Shown in pieces: positions 30,922 to 32,000 of a DNA stretch of 32,000 nt. The notes beneath the pieces were generated by a model, which ran no database searches, was not told the origin of the DNA, and saw only the letters and a program-made list of their open reading frames with translations. The translations under genes were made by a program, and so were the position numbers. Position 1 is the stretch's first letter. Each line of letters starts with the position of its first letter. Source of the stretch: Xanthomonas campestris pv. campestris str. ATCC 33913 (GTDB taxonomy: Bacteria > Pseudomonadota > Gammaproteobacteria > Xanthomonadales > Xanthomonadaceae); contig NC_003902.1 in assembly GCF_000007145.1 (NCBI RefSeq), positions 1,057,436 through 1,089,435 of the forward strand, given 5' to 3'.

Positions 30922-32000
30922 ATGAACAAGAAAATTCTCACTGCCGCGTTGCTCGGCGGTCTGGCGGTTGCCCAGGCTGCTTCCGCGCAGGAGTTCGATG
31001 ACCGTTGGTACCTGACCGGTAGCGCTGGCTTCAACTTCCAGGACAGCGATCGTCTGACCAATGATGCTCCGTTCGTCACCCTGGGTCTGGGCAAGTTCGT
31101 TAGCCCGAACTGGTCGATCGACGGCGAGCTGAACTATCAGAACCCGAACTTCGATGCCAACCAGGACCAGAACTGGAGCCAGTACGGCATCTCGTTCGAC
31201 CTGCGTCGCCACTTCATCGCCGAAGGCCGCGGCTGGAACCCCTACCTGCTGTTCGGTCTGGGCTATCAGCGTTCGGAAGAAGAGTTCGACGCCACCCCGA
31301 ACCCGGTTTCGCCGGGCCAGCAGAAGGACGGCAACTTTGCCGCCAAGGCTGGTGTCGGTCTGCAGACCACCTTCGACAAGCGCGTTGCCGTGCGTGCAGA
31401 ACTGGCCTACCGCGCCGACTTCAATGACCAGAGCGTTGCTGCTCCGCAGGAAGACTGGTTCGGCGACGTGCTGGCTTCGGTCGGCGTCGTGATCCCGCTG
31501 GGACCTGCTCCGTCGACGGCTCCGCCGCCGGCTCCGGCTCCGGTTGCTCCGAGCTGCGCCGATCTGGATGACGACGGTGACGGCGTCAACAACTGCGACG
31601 ACAAGTGCCCGACCTCCCAGCCTGGCCAGACCATCGGTCCGGACGGCTGCCCGGTGCCTGTGTCGATCGACCTGAAGGGCGTGAACTTCGACTTCAACAA
31701 GTCGACCCTGCGTCCGGATGCTGTGTCGATCCTGAGCGAAGCGACCGAGATCCTGAAGCGTTACCCCGACCTGAAGGTCGAGGTTGCCGGTCACACCGAC
31801 TCGAAGGGCACCGACGCGTACAACCAGAAGCTGTCCGAGCGTCGTGCGACGACCGTGTATGACTACCTGACCAAGAACGGCGTTGATGCGTCGCGTCTGG
31901 TTGGCCCGATCGGCTACGGCGAGAGCCGTCCGATTGCTCCGAACGCCAACCCGGATGGTTCCGACAATCCGGAAGGCCGTGCGAAGAACCGTCGTACCGA
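30922..32000 (+). CDS. mopB: OmpA-family major outer membrane protein (MopB-like), 5' part; runs off window end
   Basis: Not in the ORF track because no stop falls within the window. ATG 30922 is preceded by AAGGAG (30907-30912). Signal peptide MNKKILTAALLGGLAVAQAASA, a beta-barrel region, a DLDDDGDGVNNCDDKCP calcium-binding-type motif, then an OmpA C-terminal domain (GHTDSKGTDAYNQKLSERRA). Confidence 0.92.
   Translation, partial: MNKKILTAALLGGLAVAQAASAQEFDDRWYLTGSAGFNFQDSDRLTNDAPFVTLGLGKFVSPNWSIDGELNYQNPNFDANQDQNWSQYGISFDLRRHFIAEGRGWNPYLLFGLGYQRSEEEFDATPNPVSPGQQKDGNFAAKAGVGLQTTFDKRVAVRAELAYRADFNDQSVAAPQEDWFGDVLASVGVVIPLGPAPSTAPPPAPAPVAPSCADLDDDGDGVNNCDDKCPTSQPGQTIGPDGCPVPVSIDLKGVNFDFNKSTLRPDAVSILSEATEILKRYPDLKVEVAGHTDSKGTDAYNQKLSERRATTVYDYLTKNGVDASRLVGPIGYGESRPIAPNANPDGSDNPEGRAKNRRT

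Overview
High-GC gammaproteobacterial chromosome segment. Gene content, order and the MopB/OmpA-type porin at the 3' end point to Xanthomonas or a close Xanthomonadaceae relative; this rests on my recall of protein sequences, not on a search. Nt 1-12.4 kb (+ strand): the distal S10 operon fused to the spc and alpha ribosomal-protein operons (rplW' through rplQ, including secY and rpoA). Nt 12.9-23.6 kb: housekeeping genes (dsbB, class II DAHP synthase, MscS-like channel, lipoprotein amidase, small membrane protein, typA/bipA, cyclophilin, mdh, gstA-like GST, SleB-like cell-wall hydrolase). Nt 23.6-25.3 kb: the only accessory-looking DNA, a ~1.7 kb stretch with no credible ORF, lower GC and a G+T-rich + strand. 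Nt 25.3-32 kb: MFS/GPH-type transporter, fadH, an MDR-family dehydrogenase and the 5' part of mopB. I found no rRNA, tRNA, CRISPR array, IS element or recognisable defence/secretion gene cluster, and cannot point to a clear novel multi-gene system. Most worth following up: (1) the ORF-less island with its internal short-repeat family and palindromic border; (2) non-canonical r-protein operon architecture, namely terminator-like hairpins between rpsN|rpsH and rpoA|rplQ, long structured spacers, no rpmJ after secY, and a duplicated secY 3' end; (3) a 23-bp inverted-repeat (REP/MITE-like) element and a heptanucleotide microsatellite with G-quadruplex potential in the fadH upstream region. The many long ORFs antisense to real genes are treated as high-GC shadow ORFs.
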